Under the pieces are notes generated by a model that had not been told where the DNA came from, did not search any database, and saw only the letters and a program-made list of their open reading frames with translations. A stretch of DNA of 64,000 bases from Haplodiscus bocki (lineage: Eukaryota): assembly GCA_965655095.1 (NCBI GenBank), contig OZ296652.1, positions 79,918,001 to 79,982,000 on the forward strand, written 5' to 3'. Each line of letters starts with the position of its first letter. Within the stretch, counting starts at the first letter, position 1. Shown piece by piece: positions 38,391-50,849 of this stretch. Made by a program: the position numbers and the translations under genes.

Positions 38391-39394
38391 GTGATTTAAA
38401 TCCTCAAATTAGGCTCTGTTCATTAGTGTTCTGTTTTTTTTCGCTCACAAAATCATTACCGCCAAGAGACCGCCGGAGCGAAAGAACCTTTCATCTTCAG
38501 TTCTTTTTGAGCGGAATGGTCTAAAATCTTTTTCGAGACCTCGCGGATGTCGAAATCATTTTGACTTCTAAATTTGCTCATCAATAATGTTGAAAAACTT
38601 GGATACAAATTTTCGAGAAGACAGATCCTGGAAAATACTTGAACGGATCCTTACAATGAATTGGACAGATTAAAAACTTAATCTGCCATCTAGCAGAAAG
38701 AAGGGTTTGCTAGTAGTTGAAATGGTACAATCACGTCATTCAACATTTGATTCATCAAACTCAAGCCAACATACGTAAGTAGTATTGTAAGGGGGGGCTT
38801 AGTGCTATTTTGGCTCCTTTGCAGCTTTTGCTCCAATAAGAAAGTTTGGCAGTATATTGACCAAGAAAACTTTTTTGATAGCTTAATGACAAGTGAAACC
38901 ACAGAAGCGAACCTAAATTAGATTTGATAGCTAAATGCAATTTTTGACTCCCAAACCGAAAATTTTCTAAGTCAAAAAGTTCAAAGTACAAACTCAACCG
39001 AAACTGAATTTTGTTGACTATGTACACACTAAGTAAACCAGCTGTCAAATATCGTTGACAACGCGAATTTTCCACGTATTATTGACAGTTTTACAAATTT
39101 TCCCTTGAATAACTTTGACATCTGTTTGCGAGCTATCCACTATATGACAAAAATTTCTACATTGACAGAAATCAGACAAGTTTTCGGAAAAACCCATCTT
39201 TTTTTCAAAAAACCACATTTTGGTACGTTTTGAGAAATCTTACTATTTCAGTCGCATTCTACGGACAAAAAACTTTCAAACTCAGAACCGGATACTAGCT
39301 TCAAGTTAGACATTATCAATTGGGAAAACGTTCAATTCCAGCTTTTTGAGTGTATGATTTTCCTTCCATATTTAAATTTGGGCGGAAAATAAAA

Positions 39395-41300
39395 GTCTGA
39401 ATGAGTCCAAAAACGGCGATGGGCAACACTTGAACGTTAGTCTTACAATACCAAAAAGCAACCGACTTTCTGAAAAGCCGTGGTTTAGCAAACATATAGC
39501 CGAAGAGATAGTTCTGGATCCCGAACTTAGTTAAACATTTGATGCATAACTGGGCGAGTCCAAAACCATGCTGCAAAACAATTAAAGGACAGTCTGAAAA
39601 TATTCAAAACCCAAAGATTTTGAACAACTAGAACCGAAATTAAGGTAACCCAACCAAACCAACTGTTTCATGAACAATTTTGGGTGAGTCCAAAAGCATA
39701 TTGGAAAAACAATTAAACGTTACTGTCACAACGTCTCAATCAAAAACACTCTGAAAAGACGGTTCTTTCCGAAACTTACCAAAAAACTGCTCTTACAACT
39801 CCGAACTTAGGTGTTTGTGGGCGAGTCGAAAAACTGCAAAACGATTCAAATTCCAACTGAACTAAACTTAAATTGTGTTGACTTGGGAAATCCCAAATTC
39901 AATTGGGAGCGATTAAACGTTACTATTATGAAGCGCGAAAATTAAAAGTCTTTGAAAACGTGTTGCTTTGCAAAATCATGTCAAAAAGGTTGTTTCGGAC
40001 CTATAAGCAGACATCTGATATAAAAGCCTTGTGGAGCAAAAAAAGCCATCTTCTGAGAAATGGAACGCAACCCTCAATGCCGATGACCAAAAGGGTTGTT
40101 GGAAAGCTCAATCTTTTTTCCGCTTCAAATCAAAAATGCGATTTTAGACCTTTAAATTATTCAAGAAGATTTTTCATGCGTTAGACATAACGAGCCCAAA
40201 GCTATATTGAAAAACAACCAAGCGTTGGCATCACATTACTTAAAACTAAAACGTTTTCTGAAAATGCCGTGCTTTTGCAAACCGACTGAAAAATTGTGGC
40301 TTCAATCCCCGGATATGCTGTGAACAATTAGATAGCCTTGTGCAAACCCAAAAGCAATTTGGAAGCAATTAAACTTTACTACTTCACTACGGAAAGCAGA
40401 AAAGTTGTCTGAAACTGTCGTGCTTTTGATATTTTATCTCAAAAAGGTATTTTACACCTTCGGCCTCAAGTAAACAAGTACGTACAAGCTAAAAAAGAAC
40501 AGGTAACCCCATAGCCATGTTGGAAAAAAATGACCGTTAGCCTCAAGCTTTCTAAAAATCACAACCAGGAAGGTGCTTCTAGTCGTCTGAACTAAACTAA
40601 ACTTATGATCTGCAGCCTTGCAAAACACAAAAATTCATAATTAAAGCAATAAATGGCTTTTTTTGAATTACGGAAACAAATCTGCCTGAAAATGCCCTTC
40701 TTTTGCAAACTGACATCAAAAGGTTTTTCTAGAGCTCTGAACTTACGTAAAAAATTGACCTGCAGGTCTGAATGAGCCCAAAAACCATCTGGGAAAAAAT
40801 TTTGAGCGCAAGTCTACCATCTCCGGAAAATAAAGTCCTGGAAATGGTGCATTTGTAAACTCACATCAAACAATGCAATTTATAATAAATCAAACGTTTG
40901 TTGTGCAAGTCCTGGTGAGCTCATGTTCTGAAACACTAAAGTTAGTCGCACGCTACTATAAACCCAAAGTCTATCTCAAAATGCCACACTTCACGCAGTT
41001 TCCAGCAAAAATGGTTATAGTCATGCGAGTGCAACTTAGGATTTACGGAAGAGTCTTGGGCGAGTCGGAAAACCACGTTGGGAAAACCATTGGAGGTAAT
41101 TTATGCATAAACTTGAACAAAAGGACTTTCTGAAGAAAAGAGCGATTTCAGGAAGTTGACATAAAAAATTTCGAATGAAACATACAAATATTATTGAAAT
41201 AAGGTACTGCATTCTCGATCGAGTCCGAACAGTGCAGTGACAGCAATTCAAAGTCAGTTTGACATAGGCTAAAAGCAAGATTTCTTAGAAAATCCATTCT
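39395..41300. repeat. Degenerate ~150-bp tandem array within the left arm (mirrored at ~47080-48985)
   Basis: Recurring gggcgagtccaaaa...aaacaattaaacgtt...ctgaaaatgccgtgcttttgcaaac at ~39401, 39552, 39682, 39819, 40190, 40340, 40771 and 41058. Confidence 0.75.
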
Positions 41301-41880
41301 GTTGCAAACTCACATCAAAAATGTGTTTGAACTTTCTTAACTGTAATAACGTGTATTGTGCAAATGTTCAGCAGTACAGCAACAAGTTTGAGAACAGTGA
41401 AAGGTTTAATGCAAACTGATGAATCATTTAGGAAGTGCTTTTGTTTTTAAGACGACATCAGAAATGTTGGTTGTAGACACCGGTTATTAACTGAAAAGTT
41501 GATGTGCAAAACAGTGCGAGCTCCAAGACAAAACTCCAAACGGCAAAATGAAATCTTTACTGAACCAACTCTCGTTCGGAAGTCTGTTCTCGCAAAAGTT
41601 TTAACCACCGAACGATAAAAGTTAGGGAGTGATGTTTGCGTCCAAAAACACAATAGTAGAAATCCGATCCGAGGCGATCACAACTTTCCGCTAATACATG
41701 AGTTTTTCGGCAATATCTCATTGTAATCATGACTACAATCACAGCAAAGTAGCAGAAAATTGGGAGGAGGCCTAGAAAACGTTTTTATTCAGCTTTTAAA
41801 ACGAAAAAAAAAATGGACAGAATTTCTTTTTACGAGGTAATTTTTTCAAGCATTTATGAACAATCAATGTTCCAACACCA

Positions 41881-42506
41881 TTCGAGTGTGAAAATTAGGT
41901 GCGTGAAGATAGTCTTCAATACTGTTGCCACAAAGTTTAGCTCTTGTTTCGTTCTGATTAGTGGAGTAATTGATGAAACTCCAATGTATTATACTAACAA
42001 GAAACGTTAACATGACCTGAATGAGTACAAGAAACAGCGCTGTTTGAACTTTCAAAAGTTCAGCCACACTGTTTCAAGTTTTATATCAAACGAGTCAATC
42101 ATTCAATTCAATTCACGGATCCACAAATGTCAGTTCAAAACATGAGACTGATGCAAAACACTTGAGTAATATTTTTCAGCAATTGACAACAATCAATACC
42201 CAAAGAACGGTTTTCTGGAAATTTAGCTTTCGCATTCCCAAGACTTTTCGAGTGTGAAATTTAGGTGCGTGAAAATAGCATCCAATGCTGTTGCCACAAA
42301 AGCAAGGTGCTGTTTTATTTGATCAGTAAAGCAATTGATGAATATAAAATGTATGATACCAACCAGAAACGTTCACTTGATCTGAGTGGAAACAAGAAAC
42401 AGCGCTGCCTGAACATTTAAAAGTTCACTCCAACTATTTCTAGTTTCCTATCAAAATACTCATTTATTCAGTTCAAGTCAAGGGTCCACAAATGTCAGTT
42501 CAAAAT
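41881..42506. repeat. ~260-bp diverged direct duplication within the left arm (mirrored at ~45878-46502)
   Basis: ttcgagtgtgaaa.ttaggtgcgtgaa...tccacaaatgtcagttcaaaa at 41881-42141 and 42248-42506. Confidence 0.85.
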
Positions 42507-45500
42507 TTGGAACTGTTGGTGGGTTGATACAAAATACTGAAACTACTTCTGCAGAGTTATCGTCAGCATATCAGTTTTCACGCATCAAAGTGTTTTTAGG
42601 CCTGTCTCTAAATTCAACTCTAATCTTCCACATCAAAGCTCATCAAAAGAAAGAGCAGACTTGAAGTTCTTGGTGCTGAATAGCGACTAAAGACAAGAAA
42701 ATTAAAGAAACTTGACTTGGACAAACCATAAATAATGAATGATGAAAGTTTCCGCTCCATTTAAAATGCTGCATATTGATATTTTGCGTTAAAAACTTGT
42801 CTGATGCTTCATTCAGCAAAAATTTAAGCCTCACTTGGGACCTTGAACACCCTCCATTTTCCCGTTTGCTTTCTGCCTTCCATTACCAAGGGAAGTGAGG
42901 CTTCCTGGTTCTGTTTATGGGTTGAAGTCCGCAGTGCTTTCTAAACTGAGAAGCTCCTCAAATTTTCAAAAGGTTGTGTTCTTCAGAGGGTAACAAAGGG
43001 CGATGCAAACTTTGGGCAAGGCAGCGAATGGACCTTGTTTGCGACGCTTTTTGCCAACCTCTCAATTATAGTACCTTAGAGAAAAGAATGAGCAATGTTC
43101 CACAAGCAAAGATCCACTTAGCCGAGTTCTGCTGTGTTAACTTCTTCATATTAGGTGTGTTCTATGAAACAATAGCATTTGCTCTAACGCAGCTGGGAAA
43201 TTTGTTTTTTTTTTCGAAATACGATTCCGGGCAACATCTGGTACCTTTTTACATTAAGCATCATAAATTCTACTTTATAAAAAAACCCAGCTTCACTTTG
43301 AACTTAGTGGGTAAAATAAAGCCTGAATAATGGAGTTTCTCACTGCGGACGCTAGTTGTGTTTCTCAGTAACTTTCAATTCATGTCTGCAGGTTTTACAA
43401 CTGGGCAGAAACAACATGAGCAGATATTGTGTGAACCTCACCGATCCAAATTTCAAGACTCTGGCCATGAGGGATCTTCTCATGCCAGCCATCTAAAAAG
43501 CTTTACTGAGTTTGAATCACTGCTCCTTGCTTTTAGTCCGAGGCGATTTCGCTGCTTTGAAACTAATTAGATAGTAAAGCATCTGTGGGAAAAATTTGGC
43601 AGGAAACCAAAGTTGAAAAGAGCGATTGCTCGTTTCCAGTTTTTTCGTCATGCACATATGCCACACTCCTTTAGAGTACCCTTACAAGATGAGTCAGATT
43701 GAGGATCGCTTGTGTGCCATGTTTGTTGCTCAACATTACAAAGCTAACACCAAAGCGCCCGCAGAAGGCTCAAGTTGAAAATTCAGGAAAGGATTTTCAC
43801 GAAATCAGGTAAAAGCTCGAGCAATAACTCAAGTGGAGGCATGGGCACAAAGTTATTCAACCGCTCGACTGACGTAATTTTTGACTGGATCATAGTATTG
43901 GAATGAAGATTCGCTCATTTGATGTCTTTTTGAAACCTTCACTACTTTATGGCAAGTGGAAAACTGCAAAATGCGCCCAAATGTGAAAACAAAATCTTCA
44001 AAACTAATTCCTCTGGAATATTTCGAACTGAAGAAGAACCTTCTACATAAAGCACAAACTTTTCTTTGTCTACTTTTTATATTATATTCAAAAGTAGATC
44101 TTTGTTCCTGCGTTTGTTGACGGTTTCATATTGAGCCAGACAAAAGACACACAGCATTCAGCAGTTCTAATCTCTCCGGTTTCGACGGAAGGCTCAGCAT
44201 CTACTTGAGGCCATTCAATTGGAGGTCCTTTTAGAGTGCTGCTGTCAAAACTATGCCATTTTGACTGGCCATATTTTCACAAAAGAAGCAAAGTAATCAA
44301 AAAGCTGACCTTCGTGAACGGCGGCTGCAAATACTTTTTGAAAAAGCTTCGATCAATGTTTTGTCGAATCAAAATCGTATTCTTTTGTCTCACTAGTAAC
44401 CACCAACTTGTTTCTCGCAGTCACAATTGCGTCTTTTCACTTCCAGATAGTGCAGGTTTCTCGTTTTGTTGACTGGAGGCATTACCCATCATGTTCAGCT
44501 ACTGAGTCAGCATTGTATCGAGTATCGGACAAGTGCTCGATCAGAAAAAGTGGACAAAGTGGCTCTTTTTGAAGTTACTGAAGAATCGAAGTCAGTCTCG
44601 TTGTTTTCCCGCTGAACTTGGGTCCTGCAAAATTTCAACTCTACCGAATGTCATCTTGTAATGTCCTAAGACCTATCCGCTCACTTTCGGGCTTTGCTGT
44701 GGCAATATGAACCAACTGATAGTGAATCTAGAATGCATCCAAGGTATTTGGTTCCATGAGACTACACTTAACAACGCTGTCAGAAAGTTATCGATTTTTA
44801 TTGGATAGCTTGGGGAAATTTCTCACCTAATTCGTGTTGTGGCAAAATCGTCGAGACAATGCTTTTCTTTACTCCGTCTAACCTAGTTGTTTTTGATTTT
44901 TAAGAAGCTGGTGTACATTCCTGAAGTCGTAGAATTGTTAACATAGTCCACGTGTGTCCAAAAGCTCGTGGTTTCATTCGAATCTCTCAAAATAAAACAA
45001 ACTTGAGGCTCCACCCAAAGCTTCACTCGCGTCTTTGTTCGATTTTGGGAGCATCATGCAACTGAAAGTGAATTACCGTAGTGACTCATAGTATGGCCGT
45101 GAACTCAAAGTAGAATTTATGATGCTTAATGTAAAAAGGTACCAGATGTCGCCTGGAATCGTATTTCGAAAAAAAAACAAATTTCCCAGCTGCGTTAGAG
45201 CAAATGCTATTGTTTCATAGAACACACCTAATATGAAGAAGTTAACACAGCAGAACTTGGCTAAGTGGATTTTTGCTTGTGGAACATTGCTCATTCTTTT
45301 CCCTAAGGTACTATAATTGAGAGGTTGGCAAAAAGCGTCGCAAACAAGGGCCATTCGCTGCCTTGCCCAAAGTTTGCATCGCCCTTTGTTACCCTCTGAA
45401 GAACACAACCTTTTGAAAGTTTGAGGAGCTTCTCAGTTTGGAAAGCACTGCGGACTTCAACCCATAAACAGAACCAGGAAGCCTCACTTACCTTGGTAAT

Positions 45501-48500
45501 GGAAGGCAGAAAGCAAACGGGAAAATTGAGGGTGTTCAAGGTCCCAAGTGAGGCTTAAATTTTTGCTGAATGAAGCATCGGACAAATTTTCAACGCATAA
45601 TATCAATATGCAGCATTTTAAATGGAGCGGAAACTTTCATCATTCATTATTTATGGTTTGTCCAAGTCAAGTTTCTTTAATTTTCTTGTCTTTAGTCGCT
45701 ATTCAGCACCAAGAACTTCAAGTCTGCTCTTTCTTTTGATGAGCTTTGATGTGGAAGATTAGAGTTGATTTTAGAGACAGGCCTAAAAACACTTTGATGC
45801 GTGAAAACTGATATGCTGACGATAACTCTGCAGAAGTAATTTCAGTATTTTGTATCAACCCACCAACAGTTCCAAATTTTGAACTGACATTTGTGGACCC
45901 TTGACTTGAACTGAATAAATGAGTATTTTGATAGGAAACTAGAAATAGTTGGAGTGAACTTTTAAATGTTCAGACAGCGCTGTTTCTTGTTTTAACTCAG
46001 ATCAAGTGAACGTTTCTAGTTGGTATCATACATTTTAGTTTCATCAATTGATTTACTGATCAAAATAAAACAGCAGCTTGCTTTTGTGGCAACAGCATTG
46101 GATACTTTTTTCACGCACCTAAATTTCACACTCGAAAGGTCTAGGGAATGCGAAAGGTAAATTTCCTGAAAACCGTTCTTTGGGTATTGATTGTTGTCAA
46201 CTGCTGAAAAATATTGCTGAAGTGTTTTGCGTCAGTCTCATGTTTTGAACTGACATTTGTGGATCCGTGTATTAAATTGAATGACTGATTCGTTTGATCT
46301 AAAACTTGAAACAGTGTGGGTGAACTTTCGAAAGTTCAAACAGCGCTGTTTCTTGTATTCATTCAGGTCATATGGACGTTTCTTATTAGTATAATACATT
46401 GGAGTTTCATCAGTTAATCCACTAATCAGAACGAAACAAGAGCTAGACTTTGTGGCAACAGTATTGAATACTATCGTCACGCACCTAATTTTCACACTCG
46501 AATAGTGTTGGAACATTGATTGTTCATAAATGCTTGAAAAAAATTCCTCGTATAAAGATATTCTGTCCATGTTATTTTTTCCTTTTAAAAGCTGAAAAAA
46601 AACGTTTTCGAGGCTTCTTTCCACTTGTATGCTACTTAGCTGTGATTGTGGTCATGACTACAATGAGATATTGCCGAAAAACTCATGTATTAGCGGGAAG
46701 TTGGGATCGACTCGGATCTGATTTTACTATTGTGTTTTTGGACGCAAACATCACTCCCTAACTTTTATCGTTCGGTGTTTAAAACTTTTGCGAGAACAGA
46801 CTTCCGAACGAGAGTTGGTTCAGTAAAGATTTCATTTTGCCGTTTGGAGTTTTGTCTTGGAGCTCGCACTGTTTTGCACATCAACTTTTCAGTTAATAAC
46901 CGGTGTCTACAACCAACATTTCTGATGTCGTCTTAAAAACAAAAGCACTTCCTAAATGATTCATCAGTTTGCATTAAACCTTTCACTGTTCTCAAACTTG
47001 TTGCTGTACTGCTGAACATTTGCACAATACACGTTATTACAGTTAAGAAAGTTCAAACACATTTTTGATGTGAGTTTGCAACAGAATGGATTTTCTAAGA
47101 AATCTTGCTTTTAGCCTATGTCAAACTGACTTTGAATTGCTGTCACTGCACTGTTCGGACTCGATCGAGAATGCAGTACCTTATTTCAATAATATTTGTA
47201 TGTTTCATTCGAAATTTTTTATGTCAACTTCCTGAAATCGCTCTTTTCTTCAGAAAGTCCTTTTGTTCAAGTTTATGCATAAATTACCTCCAATGGTTTT
47301 CCCAACGTGGTTTTCCGACTCGCCCAAGACTCTTCCGTAAATCCTAAGTTGCACTCGCATGACTATAACCATTTTTGCTGGAAACTGCGTGAAGTGTGGC
47401 ATTTTGAGATAGACTTTGGGTTTATAGTAGCGTGCGACTAACTTTAGTGTTTCAGAACATGAGCTCACCAGGACTTTCACAACAAACGTTTGATTTATTA
47501 TAAATTGCATTGTTTGATGTGAGTTTACAAATGCACCATTTCCAGGACTTTATTTTCCGGAGATGGTAGACTTGCGCTCAAAATTTTTTCCCAGATGGTT
47601 TTTGGGCTCATTCAGACCTGCAGGTCAATTTTTTACGTAAGTTCACAGAGCTCTAGAAAAACCTTTTGATGTCAGTTTGCAAAAGAAAGGCATTTTCAGG
47701 CAGATTTCTTTCCGTAATTCAAGAAAAGTCATTTATTGCTTTAATTATAATTTTTTGCGTTTTGCAAGGCTGCAGATCATAAGTTTAGTTTAGTTCATAC
47801 GACTAGAAACACTTTCCTGCTTGTGATTTTTAGAAAGCTTGAGGCTAACGGTCATTTTTTTCCAACATGGCTATGGGGTTACCTGTTCTTTTTTAGCTTG
47901 TACGTACTTGTTTACTCGAGGCCGAAGGTGTAGAATAACTTTTTGAGATGAATTATCAAGAAGCACGACAGTTTCAGACAACTTTTTTGCTTTCCGTAAT
48001 AAAGTAGTAATGTTTAATTGCTTCCAAATCGCTTTTGGGTTTGCACAAGGCTCTCTAATTGTTCACTACATTTCCGGGGATTGAAGTCAAAAATTTTTCA
48101 GTCAGTTTGCAAAAGCACGGCATTTTCAGAAAATGTTTTGGTTTTATGTAATGTGATGCCAACGCTTGGTTGTTTTTCAATATAGTTTTGGGCTCGTTAT
48201 GTCTAACGCATGAAAAATCTTGTTGATTAATTTAAGTGTCTAATGTCGCATTTTTGATTTGAAGTGGAAAAAACATTGAGCTTTCCAACAACCCTTTTGG
48301 TCATCGGCATTGAGGGTTGCGTTCCATTTCTCAGAAGATGGCTTTTTTTGCTCCACAAGGCTTTTATATCAAATGTCTGGTTATAGGTCCGAAACAACCT
48401 TTTTGACAAAGCAACACGTTTTGAGAGACTTTCAATTTTCGCGCTTTATAATAGTAACGTTTAATCGCTCCCAATTGACTTTGGGATTTCCCAAGTCAAT

Positions 48501-49666
48501 ACAATTTAAGTTTAATTCAAATGGAATTTGAATCGTTTTGCAGTTTTTGGAGTCGCCCACAAACATCTAAGTTCGGAGTTGTAAGAGCATTTTTTTATGT
48601 AAGTTTCGGAAAGAACGGCTTTTTCAGAGTGTTTTTGATTGAGACGTTGTGACACTAACGTTTAATTGTTTTTCCAATATGCTTTTGGACTCACCCAAAC
48701 TTGTTCATGAAACAGTTGGTTTGGTTGGGTTACCTTAATTTCGGTTCTAGTTGTTCAAAATCTTTGGGTTTTGAATATTTTCAGACTGTCCTTTAATTGT
48801 TTTGCAGCATGGTTTTGGACTCGCCCAGTTATGCATCAAATGTTTAACTAAGTTCGGGATCCAGAACTATCTCTTCGGCTATATGTTTGCTAAACCACGG
48901 CTTTTCAGAAAGTCGGTTGCTTTTTGGTATTGTAAGACTAACGTTCAAGTGTTGCCCATCGCCGTTTTTGGACTCATTCAGACTTTTATTTTCCGCCCAA
49001 ATTTAAATATGGAAGGAAAATCATACACTCAAAAAGCTGGAATTGAACGTTTTCCCAATTGATAATGTCTAACTTGAAGCTAGTATCCGGTTCTGAGTTT
49101 GAAAGTTTTTTGTCCGTAGAATGCGACTGAAATAGTAAGATTTCTCAAAACGTACCAAAATGTGGTTTTTTGAAAAAAAGATGGGTTTTTCCGAAAACTT
49201 GTCTGATTTCTGTCAATGTAGAAATTTTTGTCATATAGTGGATAGCTCGCAAACAGATGTCAAAATTATTCAAGGGAAAATTTGTAGAACTGTCAAATAT
49301 ACGTGGAAAATTCGCGTTGTCAACGAATTTTGACAGCTGGTTTACTTAGTGTGTACTTAGTCAACAAAATTCAGTTTCGGTTGAGTTTGTACTTTGAACT
49401 TTTTGACCTAGAAAATTTTCGGTTTGGGAGTCAAAAATTGCATTTAGCTGTCAAATCTAATTTAGGTTCGCTTCTGTGGTTTCACTTGTCATTAAGCTGT
49501 CAAAGAAGTTTTCTTGGTCAATATACTGCCAAACTTTCTTATTTGAGCAAAAGCAGCAAAGGAGCCAAAATAGCACTAACCCCCCCTTACAATATTACTT
49601 ACGTAGTTCGCACGTTTGAATCAATAATACTATCCTGCTCCTAATTTGATTTCGTTTTTTTCGCAG

Positions 49667-50376
49667 ACTACTATTTCTGTGGAGTTGTGCTCCCTTCGGC
49701 ACTGCACTCCTTCATAGTGTTCTGGGGCTCCAGGTTGCTTTTCCATTTCCCGGTGCCCTTCTTCGAGTCATTCGGTAAAATGTGGCATCTAGGATCAAGC
49801 AAAGAGAAATCCCCTGAAGATTCTCCCTCCCACAGAAACAGAGCACTGCCTGCAATCGCCAAAGACAGTGAAGATGAAGCTAGAGAAAGAGAAGCCGCCG
49901 CTACTGACAATGCTGCTGCAGATTTATCATCGAAAGCTCTCCAGGAAATTCAAATCGAACATGACGAGAATCTTCGAGTGCATTGCAACGAGTTCAATTC
50001 AGAAGTGCTTAACATTAATACAAACGTCTCAACAAATGGGCTTCTATCCCCTGTAAACAATCAAAACACAGCTCCCTCTCAAAGGGACATTTCCAAATTA
50101 GGAATCAGTAACTTCCTCTCTATCAACAGTACCTTTGAGGACGTCAGATCTTCAAATACTACCTCAAGGAATGTATCATTTGATGGGCGTAGTGAACACT
50201 TTGAATTAGCCACACCCCGAATAGAGGTGCCCAAAGAAGGGTACGATAGAAGACTAAGCAATAACCCTTTACCATCTCCAAATAACTCTTCTATCAACAA
50301 TCTTCCGCCTCAGAACACCGATCTGAGTGTTATACTGCCTGACTTTCACTACGGAATACCAAAATGGGTGCTTCAG
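49667..50376 (+). CDS. AIG1: FAR-17a/AIG1/ADTRP-family membrane protein, coding exon 2 of 3
   Basis: Acceptor tttttttcgcAG|AC; the phase-1 join gives GAC(D). DYYFCGVVLPSALHSFIVFW matches AIG1 DWMLAVLAFPVGVFVVAVFW. The exon ends IPKWVLQ|GTATTG (phase 0) and its 710 nt are fully open. Confidence 0.85.
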
Positions 50377-50849
50377 GTATTGTTTTTCTTTGGTTACTTT
50401 CAGTTCACCTCCTCATCAAACTTTAATTTATACTGAAAGATTAAGGGCTGAAAGGTAGTTTTTATCGGAACAAAGTAGAAATTTTTCAATTGAAAAAAGT
50501 TGAGCGCTGCATGCCGATCGTGTGACGCAATGTATCTAACTGTTCTTATCAACTTTAGAAACATGTCACAATATTGAAATTCAGGAATTTGAAACATAAT
50601 AGACCTGAGCTTGATTTGCAAAAAAATCCAAGACTTTCGAGCTTTTGGTTTATTATTTTTCCCCAGTATATATTAGTACATGGGTAGAAAAATTTTCAAA
50701 GGGTTGATCATTTGCCTTTTTTCCTGTCAACTTTGGCAAATGAGAAAATGTAGAAAGTGTCGCCATAGAGGTTCCGAAAAATATTTTTCAGTTTGAGAAG
50801 AAACCATCAAAAAGCCACAGAACAGAAAATTTCCGGACTTTCATCGCTT

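Larger units (their letters stand above)
38778..49599. mobile_element. Non-autonomous Maverick/Polinton-like element with ~4.5-kb terminal inverted repeats
   Basis: Left arm 38778-43276 is the reverse complement of right arm 45107-49599 (mirror ORF pairs in the track); unique spacer 43277-45106. Termini AGTAGTATTGTAAGGGGGG...CCCCCCTTACAATATTACT, flanked by TACGTA at 38772-38777 and 49600-49605. The inverted structure is certain; the Maverick assignment is inferred from the termini and 6-bp TSD. Confidence 0.75.

Noticed and set aside
38778-49599. Assembly artefact explanation for the giant inverted repeat
   Set aside because: The arms differ by many substitutions and indels and end at TE-like termini; not formally excluded without reads.
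38690-49644. Many paired 60-130-aa ORFs in the inverted arms
   Set aside because: No domain motifs and mostly non-ATG starts; the pairing only reflects the DNA inverted repeat.
49775-50313. Cryptic intron (G|GTAAAA ... CCTCAG|) removing the loop insertion
   Set aside because: The donor is phase 1 and the acceptor phase 0, which would frameshift; the region is open in frame.
49687-50436. 249-aa ORF as a standalone gene
   Set aside because: It is an internal exon bounded by an acceptor at 49666 and a donor at 50377.
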